The position numbers were made by a program, and so were the translations under genes. Positions 1 through 14,574 of a stretch of 64,000 nucleotides of DNA are shown in pieces. The notes below the pieces were generated by a model. It made no database searches. It saw only the letters and a list, made by a program, of their open reading frames with translations, and was not told the origin of the DNA. Source of the stretch: Chrysomallon squamiferum (taxonomy: Eukaryota > Animalia > Mollusca); contig CM022672.1 of the NCBI GenBank assembly GCA_012295275.1, forward strand, positions 7,626,001-7,690,000. Direction: 5' to 3'. Numbering within the stretch: the first letter of the stretch is position 1; the number at the start of each line of letters is the position of its first letter.

Positions 1-515
1 TTATCCACTATCCAGGGTAAAGTTTCTAGCTATAATAAATGGTGTGTAGCAGAAGTTATATTATTTATTTATTTATTTATTTTTACACTCAAAAACGGGC
101 AATTGCAGCCCACCAGGCACTTTTAAGAAGTTCTTGAAATTATATTTCAGATTTGTTATTATCCTCCTAACAAAATAATTTTCTAGTTTTCTGGAAACAA
201 ATATTCACTTATAAAATAACATCATTAAAATATGCAATATACACAAAAAAAAAATAAATAAATAAATAAATAAATTTAATAAACCCAGAAAGCAACAACA
301 ACGCCCCCAATACCCCCAAAAAGACAACTTTTAATAATGACTCGGGGAAAACCGGCAGACATTTAGTGACTGCTCTGCGAAGTAGAATCTTGATCCGACC
401 TTTTATAACAAAATACCCACCGTTTGATGTTTTACAGAAGCAGTTAATGAAAGCGTGGACGTTATTCAAAGTAAATTGCAGCATGAGCCTCAGGCTTACA
501 GTCTATTTATTTATT

Positions 516-577
<62 letters not shown>

Positions 578-932
578 TTTGAATTTCGCTGTTTGGTCAC
601 ATGGTCTTGTGGGAGTCATGAAAAATGGAATGATCACAAAAAAAGACAAAACAAAAAACAAAACAAGAAAAAAATAACCCCCAAAAAACACCACAAAAAC
701 AAAACGAAGTTGTTATCGTTTCTCTATTACATCTTTAGAGAATTAAGTCCCAAATATATAGTTAAAGTATTCAATAAATCCTACAATCCTGTAAACAATT
801 AAAGAAAGTAGTAGTAATAGTAATAATAATAATAATAATAATGAAAAATGTTAAAGAAATCTTCAAAATCACAGACACATTTTACTAACGTAAGTTAGGA
901 CAAACTATGTAAAAACTGTCTCATATTTAATG

Positions 933-933
<1 letters not shown>

Positions 934-1024
<91 letters not shown>
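934..1024. repeat. (TG)n(AG)n compound microsatellite
   Basis: Directly visible. Representative of many (TTA)n, (TAAA)n, (TG)n, (AG)n and polyA/T tracts across the window, which generate most of the spurious ORFs in the track. Confidence 0.95.
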
Positions 1025-1031
<7 letters not shown>

Positions 1032-1141
1032 TTGCATATCTATGTTTATATTCTTTAGAATTTTCTTTTCTTTGTTTGTTTATGCATGTAGGCCAAATGT
1101 CATTATCACTATTTCATAAAATAAATAAATAAATAAATACA

Positions 1142-1190
<49 letters not shown>

Positions 1191-1195
1191 TAAAA

Positions 1196-1230
<35 letters not shown>

Positions 1231-2001
1231 AAATGGCTGTTGTTGTTGTTATATATGTGCTGATGAAACTGGTAATTTTAAAAGTGTTTTTTTGTCAGTT
1301 TTAGTAAGTAAGACGTGATCAAAGTGAGATGCTCTACCTCTCTTCAACTCTGGATGCGCCCTGAAATGTTTCAATTACTAACCTACAAAACTGATCTAGC
1401 TCGCGCTATCAGATCTGAATAAATCACGTTCGCCAACACTTTAAAAATTTGTTATCAAAATTATTGTTAGTCCTGCCATTTATTTCAGCAGTTTTTGTAA
1501 CTAATGTGACGTAGTCTGTCTGGTTTTATTGAACTAGACGTCGTAAACAGTCTAAAACACAACACTCCTATATTTGAAGTCACTAGCTATTACACATTTA
1601 CGGAACTATTTATAAATTTGTTGCTGGGTGTATCCAGTACTGCCAAAGGTTAATCGTCCAATCAAATTTAGTGTTACACTGATCCACTGGCAGTGATAAG
1701 AGAAAACACGCATGAATTAACCAAAATGCATTTAACTTTATTAATCGGATACATTTTAGTTTATTTTAAATAATTAATTAATTTATTCATTTAATTTTTT
1801 CGTGAATTTTTAGAAGTCTTCAAGCCCTTATTTTTGTGATACATGCACGACATAACAACATCCAATTTTAATTTATTTTTTTTTTTTTTTTGATTTTCCA
1901 TGTTACCTAATCATAATTTGCTTTTCATGTTTAGTTTTTAAACATATATTTTGATATATTTCTTTCACTGTTTGTTTTTTTCATTTTTAAATTACTATTG
2001 A

Positions 2002-2048
<47 letters not shown>

Positions 2049-2464
2049 TTACTAGTACAACCACTACTACCAATAATGCTATTATAATTTATTAACGAAT
2101 TATTTATTTAATCTTTTATGTAATATAAATTATTATTATTACTATTATTAATGTTGTTGTTGTTGTTGTTGCTGCTGTTGTCGTTGTTGTCTTGGTGAAT
2201 AGCGGATTTCGATACCTACTAAATGACCTCTGTCACGTACATTTTAATATATTACCTTTATATTATTTTTTTGAAAAAAACAACAACATAAGTACAGATC
2301 AAAAATATTAAATGTTACACACTACAGGCCTACAAATAGACCTGTATTCTGAAAAATGGAGATAAGGAAGGAACGAAAAGGTCAGATTACCGATAAACTA
2401 CTTAGTCTATAGAAAGTATGTCTTATATAAATGTTTAAATGATTGTCATAAAGAATACGGACTC

Positions 2465-2472
2465 TATATAAA
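2465..2472 (+). promoter_or_regulatory. Putative TATA box of the discoidin-domain gene
   Basis: TATATAAA about 120 nt upstream of the ATG at 2586, followed by a GC-richer putative 5'UTR ending in ATGAG|gtatgt. Confidence 0.45.
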
Positions 2473-2585
2473 TGTTGGCGTTATCACAGGCGTGATATGA
2501 AGTGACGGTGGACAGAATTAGGCGGACGGTTATTTTTTTCTTTTTATTACTGAATCTTGGAGAAAGACGTTAGCATTGTTGTAAA

Positions 2586-2622
2586 ATGAGGTATGTTTAA
2601 TATATTTTTAATTTCTTAGCCA

Positions 2623-2665
<43 letters not shown>

Positions 2666-2699
2666 TAGCTCAGATGGAAATATTATTTTTATCTAATTT

Positions 2700-2739
<40 letters not shown>

Positions 2740-5700
2740 TGAAAAACAAATAAATAAAAATGTAACATTATCATCATCAGTATTGTTATACTGTTGTTAT
2801 TGTCATTATATTATTATTATTGTTGTTGTTGCTGTTGTTAACGAAGATAATTTTTGTGTCAACAAACGCATATACAATAACGAACTGGATACTGAGTTGC
2901 AACAGCCTCAAATATTTATCAGTTTTGGATTTAAGATAAAAATAAGAAAGACAAAAAATTATTTAATATCAGTTTCGAAAAAAAAAAAAAAAAGATTAAA
3001 TTCTGAAGTTTATTTAAAATTTTCAATTTCAGACGACTGCAGTTTGTCTGTATCGTTTGCATCATGTGGGGTGCTTCCGAAATGACGGTGAAAGGTTTGC
3101 AGAGCTGATATAGAACTTAGCACAATATCTATTTTAAAATTAAAATCAGGAGTTTATTTTATTTTTTCTCTCGCTGTATATGGAATATAAAAGGTTTTGT
3201 TTTATTCGTGTAAATTATTCATCGAATAGTGTTTCTTATCAGTAATGTATAGAGCAATTTTATATTCAAAGTGCTTTTATTTATTTTTTTGTGAAAGAAT
3301 TAACCTAAGTATACTTTGCTTGCTTCCGAGTTATATTCTGTTAATTATGCTTATCCATTGTTAATTAATAACGAAGTAAAAAGACTACCTGGGTCCGCCA
3401 TTTTTTTTGGGACCGTGATGTCATCGCATCCTAAGTTTTTTCTAGCATTGTCAGACAAAGTCCTCCTGTCAGTGTGTTAATCTGTCTCGTATGCAATACC
3501 ACAATTCTCCCCAATACAGATACATTTTAAATTTCATCATAGGTTATTATCATAGGTCTTTCTTTAATGTTTCATTAATAATGTATTTCAAAGAAAACAA
3601 GAGACAAAAATATTATTTGAGAAGAAGGCATATACTATTACAATAACATTATGACTTTTATTATAAGTAAATTAAAATAAATATAACTTAAAATTATAGC
3701 TAGATTTATATTCATTGAAAGTAACTTGACGAAACCTCTATGTAAACGTTTCCTTTAGCAGAGAATATTTAAATATACAATATATATGAATTCGTAAGTA
3801 GGTATACCCCATATACCCATTACCGTTTCTAATTCTATTAAGAACCAAATTTAATAAGCAACCTGAATGAACCTTCTTTTATTTAACTTTTCTACTTTTA
3901 ATTAAAACCTGTTTTTGATCAGTCAGATCAATGTAATGTTTTAATTTACAAATTTTAAAAGACAGGAATAATTTGCACTTTAAAAGATATGTATGTTTCG
4001 TTATTTCAGCTTCAGCTATACCAAAACAAATTCTGTCTTTTCCTCCTTTGAAAAATGTAACACCAGGGATAAAGTCTGAAGGAAACACAAACAACAGTAC
4101 GTACCCAGATAAAAACCAAGTATTTAATACCCCTCCTCCATTAATACCTTTGCGCATAAACAGCACGACTGGATTCCCCGATAACAAAACGCCACCATTA
4201 GCGGTGACACAAGAAGTAACCTCTGAAAGCAGTTTGTCAGGGAATCTGTACCCAAACGTAACAAACCAAGAAATGAAAACCCCGCCTCCATTAGTACCGC
4301 TAAATGTAAGCACTACAGCAAATCTTTCCGAAACGTCACCAGCAGAACCAGGCAACTGGACTCCATCTCAGCCTCAGATTCTGTATACCTCTCCGCAGTA
4401 CGAAGTTACCACAGATGAAGAAAATTTCAATCGTAGTGAATCTTCTACGATCTCGCAAGCTGAAAATGTGACTACTCCTTTACAGGCAGTTGCTAGTACA
4501 CGACCTCCAAGTTAGTGACTGAAATTAGAAATTATAATTACAGTGCACAGTCTGTTCTTAAAGTTTAACATATGACATAAATATTTTTTTTATACTTTTG
4601 TAGAGTGGAGGATAACAAAGTTGGTCTAATTTCATTACTGAATAATTTTATTTTTATAACTTTTATTATTAGCAAAGACAGGCTGCTTAAATATCTGTAA
4701 GAAAATTATTTTTAAAGTCATTTGTTTTCATCAAAGGAACTCTTTAAGTTATAATTTTAAAACAGAAGAATTTTATTTTCATTTATTTCAAGTCTTATAA
4801 CGTGATATAATTATGTTTATTTTTTTTGTGCAAAACAAAAACAATGCAAATTGGAAATCTTTCAAAAGAAATTAATATTACGTGACTTCTTAAAATAATT
4901 TTTTTTAAACTTTACTTTTAACTTTATATGTTACTTTGGCATTAATGCTTACGATTAGCTTGGCGATTGCTGATCAAAATTTTAATATTTATTTATTTAT
5001 TTATTTATTTCAGGTACCTGTTATAACCCCTTAGGTTTGTCCAATGGTATAATAACCGATGATAATATAACGGCTTCTTCGGAAGCTTTCGGTCGAAACA
5101 AGGAGAAAGTAAGACTCGACTGCTGTACAGGTAATACAAACACAGAACGTAACAGAAAAGTATCTGTAACGTTGATCGCGATTGGTTATTTTATCGTGAC
5201 GTTACAACCTTTGTTTTTCAAAAATACTTTTCATAAATCCGCCATTTTGCCTTTATTTAAAACAGGCCAAACATAAATAAATTTCATTAGGCAAACTGCG
5301 GATAATAAATTTTACTACGAAGTTTTATTAAGTGGCTTCTTCTATGTTTCTCGTCACATTCACTTCATATTTTATAAATACCTTAACATTAATTTAAGGT
5401 TAAAATCACTAACATGCCATAAGCAGACCCAACCACAAAACACCAACAAAACATAATGATGATAATGATGATGATGTACATTTAAGAAAATTAGATAGAA
5501 AGAAAGATAAATAGATAGATAAATATAGATATAGATATAATTATTAATAAGTTTATGATTTAGAGTTACTTTTATTTTAAAATATAAATTTATATCTCTT
5601 TAAGATGAGGCCGAGGCCAGCTGGTGTCCCGATGAAAGCGACCCCTATCCATGGATAGAATTTCGTCTGCCCCAAGCTAAATATGTGTCTGCTATTATAT

Positions 5701-7044
5701 TTCAACACCCATCACGTGGAACAGTACCACACCTTCCTGAAAAATATGTCAAGACTGTTACACTAAAATACGTACCTGCCGGAGCATCCGATACTCAACA
5801 CTTTGTTATCTTCCAGACGGTCTGTAGATAACAGATTTCTTTCTACATATCCAAAACAGCAATAATATAATAAATAATTTTTATATTATATATGAAAAGT
5901 GCCAAATAATATTATAATTCGCGCAAAAAAATAAAAACATAAAAAAAAAAAAAAAAAAAATAAAATAATATAAAATAAAATAAATAAATAAATAAATTAA
6001 TTAAAATAAATAAAATAAAATAAAATAAAATAAAATAAAATAAAATAAAATAAAATGAAAATAAATAAACAAATAATAATTCAAAACAACCGAAATAAAA
6101 TAAAGTGTATGTGTAACACAGTCATATAGAGAGCCAAATTTTTTACTCGTAAAGGTTTTTATACTAAAAAATATTAATATAATAGATATAGCTGCCGCTT
6201 CATCTTCAAAATTAAGTTAAATTCAGTGCTATTATTCCACATTAATATCTTCCTAGTACTTTACAATAAGTAAAGAATGGTTGCCATTCATTGCAACAAA
6301 ATTTAAAAAGTATGTTTATACACTGTATTTAAGTTATTTGTATGAATATTCGTTACTGTATCATACAGGGAATTCGGGTTCTCAACGCCACTTCAGCTTT
6401 CAAGGTAAAGTTGAATATATACACCCAGCGGATTCGTATCCACCCCGATACGTGGCACGGACAGGCGTGCTTTAGAGCTGAACTCTACGGATGTGATTCA
6501 CCAGGTGATTTGACGTCTGTAACTAATGTTATTGTAATGCTGAGAATGTTGACCCAAAGCTTCTCAGGATTTAACAAATGAAGTAGAAACACACTGTAAA
6601 AAAAATAATAATAATAATTAAAAAAAATAAAATAAATAAAGTTATCTAGTCTCCAATAGATTATTAATAAGCAGTTAATTATCAATTCTGACTGAACTGA
6701 AATCAAATAAATGTCATTCTGATAATTTAATATTTTTAAAAAAATTAAATTTTCTACGATTCATAAATTTTATATTTAGAATACGGATCGTTTCTAACTA
6801 CGGTTATCAACTGCAGTGACGTCAACGACTTGTTGCAATGTGTACCTGAACATCACAACCTCGAGGTCATTTCTGGCAGCGCAGTCAATTTCATCAGTCA
6901 GTGTCACGAACCGCTCCTCTACATCCGCGAGAACAGCTGTGTTCAGCTTCCACTGACCTTGACCTGTTTCAAAGATCCAGATTCTTGTCCAGATGGATTC
7001 ACCATCAGTCTCAACGTTAAAGTAGAAACAGAATCCCCAAGGTG

Positions 7045-7111
<67 letters not shown>

Positions 7112-8512
7112 TGATTATTTTACAGTAATTATAGGATAAATAGCGATTTAGCAGAATAATGGGTGTCCGTTAAATCGCAATTATTTTGAAATTAGAATAT
7201 TTTAATATTACAACAGTCAAATTTTTACATTTGAATTCTGTAATATGACTCAATGCTGTGGTCAGAAATAAACCGGCACTTTCCAAGTCTGAAACTGTAA
7301 CATTTAGATGCAGAGGGAAGACGTTCATGATGAAGTGGGCTTTAGTAAATCGGTGAAAATTCACATAAAAACAAAATATGACGTAAGTTAACATAGTGAG
7401 GAATGCTTGAATTACAAATGGCCTCTAATAGTGAAGATATACTTGAATAACTGCTTGTTTTTGAACTAAGGGACGTAATTAGCTGTACATACATAACAAC
7501 CGAGGTTGATTTTCAAATCGGTGATTTATGATAATTGTCTCGGGTCTCTTCTTTTTATGATACCAGCGAACTCGAAAATGACCGATCTAAAGGATTGTAA
7601 ATCCAAAATTATTGTTAAATGAGTATACTAGCCGTAATCGTTGGCAACTACACCGTTGACAAAAATTAGCCAAAAAAAACAACGGTATAGGCTTCTCATT
7701 GTGGGGGGTGAACCAGCGATGTCCATCCAAATGTCCGTCTGAGCTGTTCTCCGCCAGAGGATACTCGGGCTGTAGGCTACAGGGTAAACTACAAAAGTTA
7801 AAAGGAATTTATTTAAATATAATTATGTAAAAAATGTTTTTAATAATTGCCGTTTTAAAAAAACAGCCGGTTTTCTGGAAATGACCCAGAGTTTCCATGC
7901 TTTAAACGACTCTGAGTTTAAATAAGTGTCTTGTTTTTACTAGATACCTGTTGTCAACGGGCCGTGAACGTCACAACCACACAGGCGTGACGCTGTTCTA
8001 CCAGAACGACATGCTCACCGGTACTGTCCAGCTGCAGTCGTCCACATGGATGGTGTCGACGCTGCACATGCTCACAACGGGCACGTGGCACTGGCTAGAA
8101 ATCACGTGGACAAAAAATGGACTTCAGCTGTATGCAGAAGGAAAACTGATTGCTTCGTCGCCTTCTCCGTCACTCACTGAAACATCACGTGATCATTGTT
8201 TTGTATTCCTTATTAATATTTATATAAACTTAAATAATTTGATATGAAAGGTCTTTTTTTTATGCGCATTTGTTTGTCTATTGTTTTATTTTGTTCTTTA
8301 TGTAAACTGAAAATTTGTCTTATTTTTTAAAATTTAATTATTATTATTATTTTAAAAGTGAATAATATCCTACAAAACACATAACAATTACGAGTTTATT
8401 TAATATCTTGTTGTTGATAATAATACTAATCCTAATAATAATAATTTCGTTGAAATGACAGCATCTTATTTTTGTTTTTATTTCATTCATTTCGTTTTTA
8501 CTAATTTTCTCT

Positions 8513-8555
<43 letters not shown>

Positions 8556-8755
8556 CTGTTTTGTGTTTCATCAGTAATTCACTCTAATAATATGAAAATT
8601 GGTTGTTCTGATGATATGGTCAACAGTTACGGTGGAATTTGGATTAAAAAGTTGGTGATGAGTCCTATTTCCAGAGAAAGACTGGTCGATTCATCACCTT
8701 ACATACACAGTAAGACTTGCTTTTTTTTCTCAAGCACATAAGACATACATAATCC

Positions 8756-8805
<50 letters not shown>

Positions 8806-9085
8806 GAAAAAGAAACGTATAGAGACCTAAACTTTCTGGAGAAGATATTCAAACAAATTACATCATGAATGATTATTAAAAGAAAAACGCTTATTAGCAA
8901 GAAAAGATTTGTTACAGATAACCTGACTGGCTAAATGAAGTAACACTGGTTCGCTTTAAAAATTATCTAATAATCTTTAATAGGAGAGAACAAGTTGGAT
9001 TGAAAAATGTATCTAAAATGTTCAAATGTATTTAAGATTATCTTTTGAAGTGTAAAGGATAATGCTGTTGTTATTGTTGTTGTTG

Positions 9086-9144
<59 letters not shown>

Positions 9145-9296
9145 GTTATTTTATTTTTTATTTTTTTATTTTTTTAAGACGCAAAGGGTTTACCTGACAG
9201 TATTTGCGGTGAAATGACCCCGCCTTCTCACAATTTGGGTAAGACTGTGAAAAATGTTAACTTCCGTAGTGTAAAATACTTCTCAGGGTTTATTAC

Positions 9297-9348
<52 letters not shown>

Positions 9349-9566
9349 GTTGTTGTTGTATGTTTTTGTTGTTATTTCATTCTGTAATTATTTTGTGAGA
9401 CTTTTAACATTATTCAAATCTTGCTACTGAATCGTTAAATAATGTCAGTTTTGTTACTGAAACTTGTGTCTATTATTAAAATGGTGGGGTTAATGTGAAT
9501 TTCAATACTGTTTATTTAATTTCATTTTATTTTATTTTATTTTATTTTATTTTATTTTATTTTATT

Positions 9567-9613
<47 letters not shown>

Positions 9614-9795
9614 TGTTTGCGACAGAAACCACACCAAGCACAGCTGGGACAACGACCCACAGACCTTTTTATACTTTACTACCTGTACCAGGTACACGAA
9701 TCAGTTTGTCTTAGTAACAGTAGTAGTAATATTGAAGTAGTAGTGATAGTAGTACTAGTTGCAGTTGTAGGACTAATAGTGGTAGAAATGCAACA

Positions 9796-9843
<48 letters not shown>

Positions 9844-9944
9844 TTACAGTGGTTATAGTAGTAGTAGTAATAGCAGTAGAAGTAGTAATAATAATATCTG
9901 TACTAGTAGTAGCAGTAGTGGTAACTGTGATTGTTTTTCAACAT

Positions 9945-9977
<33 letters not shown>

Positions 9978-11336
9978 ATTATTTATTATTATTACTTTCA
10001 GAATGTAATAAACCATTATGGAACACAAAGTTCTTTGTTTACGATGTAACAACGTCATCAGACGGTTACAACACTTCTGCAGCTAAGTCAATGGCAGACT
10101 GTTGTGCAGGTACAGTTAAGACATTTCAGATATAGTTTAAACCTTTTACTCTTCCTTCTACATTGATCAGATATTTTACTTCTCTCACTGACTGGTTGTG
10201 ACTCTCTTTTTCTGACAAACACACATATACAGATAAACTCATACAAACGCATCCTTGTTTGAGATACCCAAACATTTTGCGCTTTATTTTCAAAATTGGA
10301 TATTTTTAATCGTAAGTGAAGATGTAATATTTTATCAAGATCTGAGGTTTTTTTTTTTTTTTTTTTTTTTCTGGTTGTAGTTTATAATTACAGGGCCAGA
10401 AAAGGGTGGTTGGTGTCCTGATCCACTGTTGTTGTCGTCTTCGAGTCCACAGTTTATTGAAGTGAATTTTCAACAACCAATTGCCATTCAGTCCATTGAA
10501 ATACAACCACCTGAACTGAACAGTCCCACCAGTCGTGTGACGAAATATCTGACGTCATACAACGTGCAATATCAACCACTGAACGGTGCAAATCTAATAT
10601 CATTAGCCACAGTCAATGGGCCAGTGGTACGTTTACTTAATGATGCAAAGCAATACTTCAGTATACGTTCAAGTTGTGTTTTATTTGTAGATTTTTTTAA
10701 AAGAATGTCCTGTCCCGGCCGATTTTAATTAATTAATAATGAAGTATAGCAACAGAGCTGAACGTCGTAATAAGATCAGGGCGTCGCAATTTTTCAGTAG
10801 TCGTAATGTCATCAAATTGCCACGTAAATTGGTTAAAGTGGTAAAATGGTTAAAGGACGGCGTTCAAATGTTTGTTAATTTTTTTTTTTTTTGACAAATT
10901 AGGTTGGTTGCCCCGAACAACAACATAATGATTAGAAGTATTAAGAATTTTATTAGACCATGTATTCGGTTTATGTCACATTTTCATATTTAACTTTGTT
11001 ATGCCATCGTAAAAAAAAAAAATAATAAAAATAAAAAAAATAATAATAAAAAAAAAAAAAAATTAAATTAAAAAAAATTAAAATAAAAAAAAAAAAAATA
11101 AAAAAAAAATAAAAAAATAAAAATAATAATAAAATAAATAATAATAAAAATAAATAAATAAAAATAAAAATAATGGATATAAATAAAACGTTTTCATTAT
11201 ATTTGTAATTATTATTATTGTTTTTAATTTAAGGTTTTTTGGGGGGGGTTTTATGGACTTTCCGTGATTCTTAATTATTAACAAATACTTAATATTAGAT
11301 TCAGTTAAACAGTCAGAAAGTTAAAATTTTATTGTA

Positions 11337-11390
<54 letters not shown>

Positions 11391-11423
11391 GCAACAACAG
11401 CAACTATTATTATTATTATTATT

Positions 11424-11456
<33 letters not shown>

Positions 11457-13152
11457 ACTATATACTTCTCAAGAACATGAGAGGGTGAAAAAATAAAAAA
11501 ATAAAATAAAGAAATAAAAAATAAAAATATAGAAAAATAAAAGCTTGACAGCAGATATCCAATCACCGTCCGTTTTAGTTAGATCTTCTCATAATAATGC
11601 GGTTTCTAAGGTTATACAGAGTGTGACGTCACAGTGAATCTATCAGTAAGTAATTTAAGAAATTTAATTAATTTTTATGGCGTGCTAATTTATGATGATG
11701 TGTCGACAAATACTTTTTTTCTTCAAACATTACGTTTATTGTTGTTGTTATTATTGTTATTTTGCAGGAGTTTCGAGGTGTCGATGTTACTGGATTCTCT
11801 ATTGTTTCCACGGTGACCACCATTCCCAGCATTGTGACGAAGCGAATACGTATTGTCGTTAAAAATTATCACAAAGAGCCCTGTTTCAGGTTCCAGTTGT
11901 TCGGATGTGAAAGAGAGGGTAATGTCACTAGTTATTTAATTAAGAACAATACAAATTTAAACGTAAGGTGAATGATATATTTCACAGTTTAAAAGAATAA
12001 CTATTCGGTAAAAAAAAAAAAAACGTAGTGGTTCCAAATTCAGGAAAATACTTCATTATAACCTGATATTAACTGATTAACTGAAATAAACTAATGCATA
12101 TTTATCTGTTCATCCATAAGAACTTAATTATATTTCAAAAAAAGACGTATCACGTTATTTGAGTTAAATATATAATGCATATATATAGATAGATAGGTAG
12201 ATAGATAGATAGACAGACAGACAGATAGATAGATATAGATATTTCTTTACTTTGTTCTATTTTTGAAAGGTGTTAGAGGAAAATAAAATTGAGTATTTTC
12301 TGTTGTACTTAGCAACATGCATTTGTTAATAACAGTTTTATAAATCTGAAAAGTCTCTTAGGTCACGGGTCACTTGTCTCGTAATTATTCAAACGTCAGC
12401 ATTTTATACTGAACTAACCTGTGTCATGAGTTATGTTTATTTATTTATTTGTTTGTTTATTTATTTTCAGTTCTGTGCCCAAGTGGATGCGAAAATGGTG
12501 GAAAATGCATAACAAAAGACACATGTAGTTGCCCTGTTCCTTTCTTTGGTCTGCGTTGTGAAAACAGCCGTACGATTTTACAGTTTTAGAATTTTACATT
12601 TGCATTATAACTAAATACCATGCACTCTCCACAAGAACATAACAAAGAAATTCATTAGATTTAACTAATGTATAGTTAGACTAGTTCAAATTTAATTTAT
12701 ATTTCAGCGACACAAGAGTCTCACTGATATTCAAGTTGATGTCATGAATTCTTTGATTATGTATCTTTATACAATCGATAGATTTAGAATTCAAAATATA
12801 ACATCAAAAACAACGTCTTTCTTATATGGTATTTATCAAATGTTATGGACTGAACAATTCTGAAAATTACAATTAATGTAACAAAAACAGTATTATTTGA
12901 ATGATAACAGCATTAAATTTGAATGGTACTTGAAAAGCATAAATTTAACTTTTAATAATGCGAGTCTAAACAATTAATTTGGTTATTTCATTTGTTTCAG
13001 ATCTTCTTCCAGGCAGTAAGTTTTTTCCAAAACAACAAACGTAGTGTCTGTGTATTTAAAAAAAAAAAATTATCGTTAATCAAGCTAAAACGACTCAATT
13101 ATCCACACACATATTATCTTGTACAGTCAGTTACCATACAGACCACAAACAC

Positions 13153-13185
<33 letters not shown>

Positions 13186-14538
13186 CATACATACATAAAA
13201 AATACATTCACAAAAAATATTGTTAATAATTTCAAAGTACTATTGTTACATTTAATCAGAATCAATATTTTACTATAAAAAGGAAAATAAAGATATACCT
13301 ATAAAAAGTACTTATTTCTGGGTGATATTTTCAGAATGTCGAAAGCCTCTGGGGATGTCAGACGGGACAATTAAAGATGATCAGCTGAAAGTTTCTTCTG
13401 AAGATTTGGGCAAGACGAAGGAGAAGGCTCGATACGGATGTTGTGTTGGTGAGTCGACCAAGGTGACTTTCTCAGTGAACAATGGTTGTCAGTGTTTTAA
13501 TATTGTTCTTCTATTCTTCTTCTCTTTTGTGATACTCTAAAACTTATACTACTGGCTTGAAGAACTGTACCGTTTTTATAAATTTATTTCTTTTTTGTAT
13601 TTTTTCTTTTTTGTATGTATGTATGTATTTTTGTTTATTCGTATGTTTGTTAGCTTATTTGTTTGTTTGTTCGTTTTATTATTGAATAATTACGGAATAT
13701 TTTTCTATTATTCTGTCCTGTATGAAGTTCAAGTTTAAAATGAATGATTCAAAAATTACATGTTCTGTACTGAAAAGTTCAATTAACTTTTTAAATGGCT
13801 GTGTATGAACCAAATACAGGATTTTGTTTTTACCGCTTATTTTTAGAACAGTAAAAGTCTGATACATCCTTTTGTTTGAAAATGGTTAACTCAAAACAAT
13901 TCGATTGTTCGTCATTATGAAATTGACAGATTCAGTAGCTGATTAATTTATTAATTCGTGCATCTGTAAATCAATCATTCGTCAAATTTCAGGTGAACAC
14001 AATGGTGCGTGGTGTCCTGCACCTTCTGATTCAGCTCCGTATTATGAAGTAAAATTTCCCAAGGAGATGCTCATAACAGAGATAATGTTTGACTTCCCAT
14101 CGCGAAATCACGACTTTGACAATCACGACACTTTTATGAAAACATTCAGTATTTATTATTTGTACCACGATCATCTTAATTTGTATGCTTCAGTGAGTAG
14201 TGATTAAAATATCTGTGTTACATCTTTAGAGGCAAATGTTTTAATTAACAATACATTTAATTCATTTTTAATGTATGGTTTTATGATGGAATACATAACG
14301 ACAAGACAGATAAGGAAAGAGAAAAGCTGCAGTTGCAGTTATGATCTGCCCAACAAATGTGATTTTGTTTTGGTTTCTTATTATATTTTTTTCAGGGTAT
14401 ACAAGCAATATACAACAGTACTGTGACCTTCACAGACGATTTTGATCCGTACTTACGAACAAATCTTCTGCGAATAGTTCCAGAAACGTGGGAAAAAGCA
14501 CCCTGTTTCCGCTTTGAACTCATTGGATGCGTTGCAGG

Positions 14539-14574
<36 letters not shown>

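Noticed and set aside
209-1132. ORFs with poly-Ile, poly-Tyr, CVCV and RERE tracts
   Set aside because: Translations of (TTA)n, (TG)n and (AG)n microsatellites; the same applies to similar ORFs at 9495-10049, 11078-11566, 32651-33727, 45664-45936 and 58329-58523.
3879-4355. 158-aa minus-strand ORF
   Set aside because: Antisense shadow of the mucin-like exon 4010-4510.
7200-7800. GC-richer intronic blocks (also about 1300-1700, 3390-3510, 15770-16330, 58130-58280)
   Set aside because: No splice-compatible open frames. They look like decayed non-autonomous transposon fragments, but I cannot assign a family or boundaries without a repeat library.
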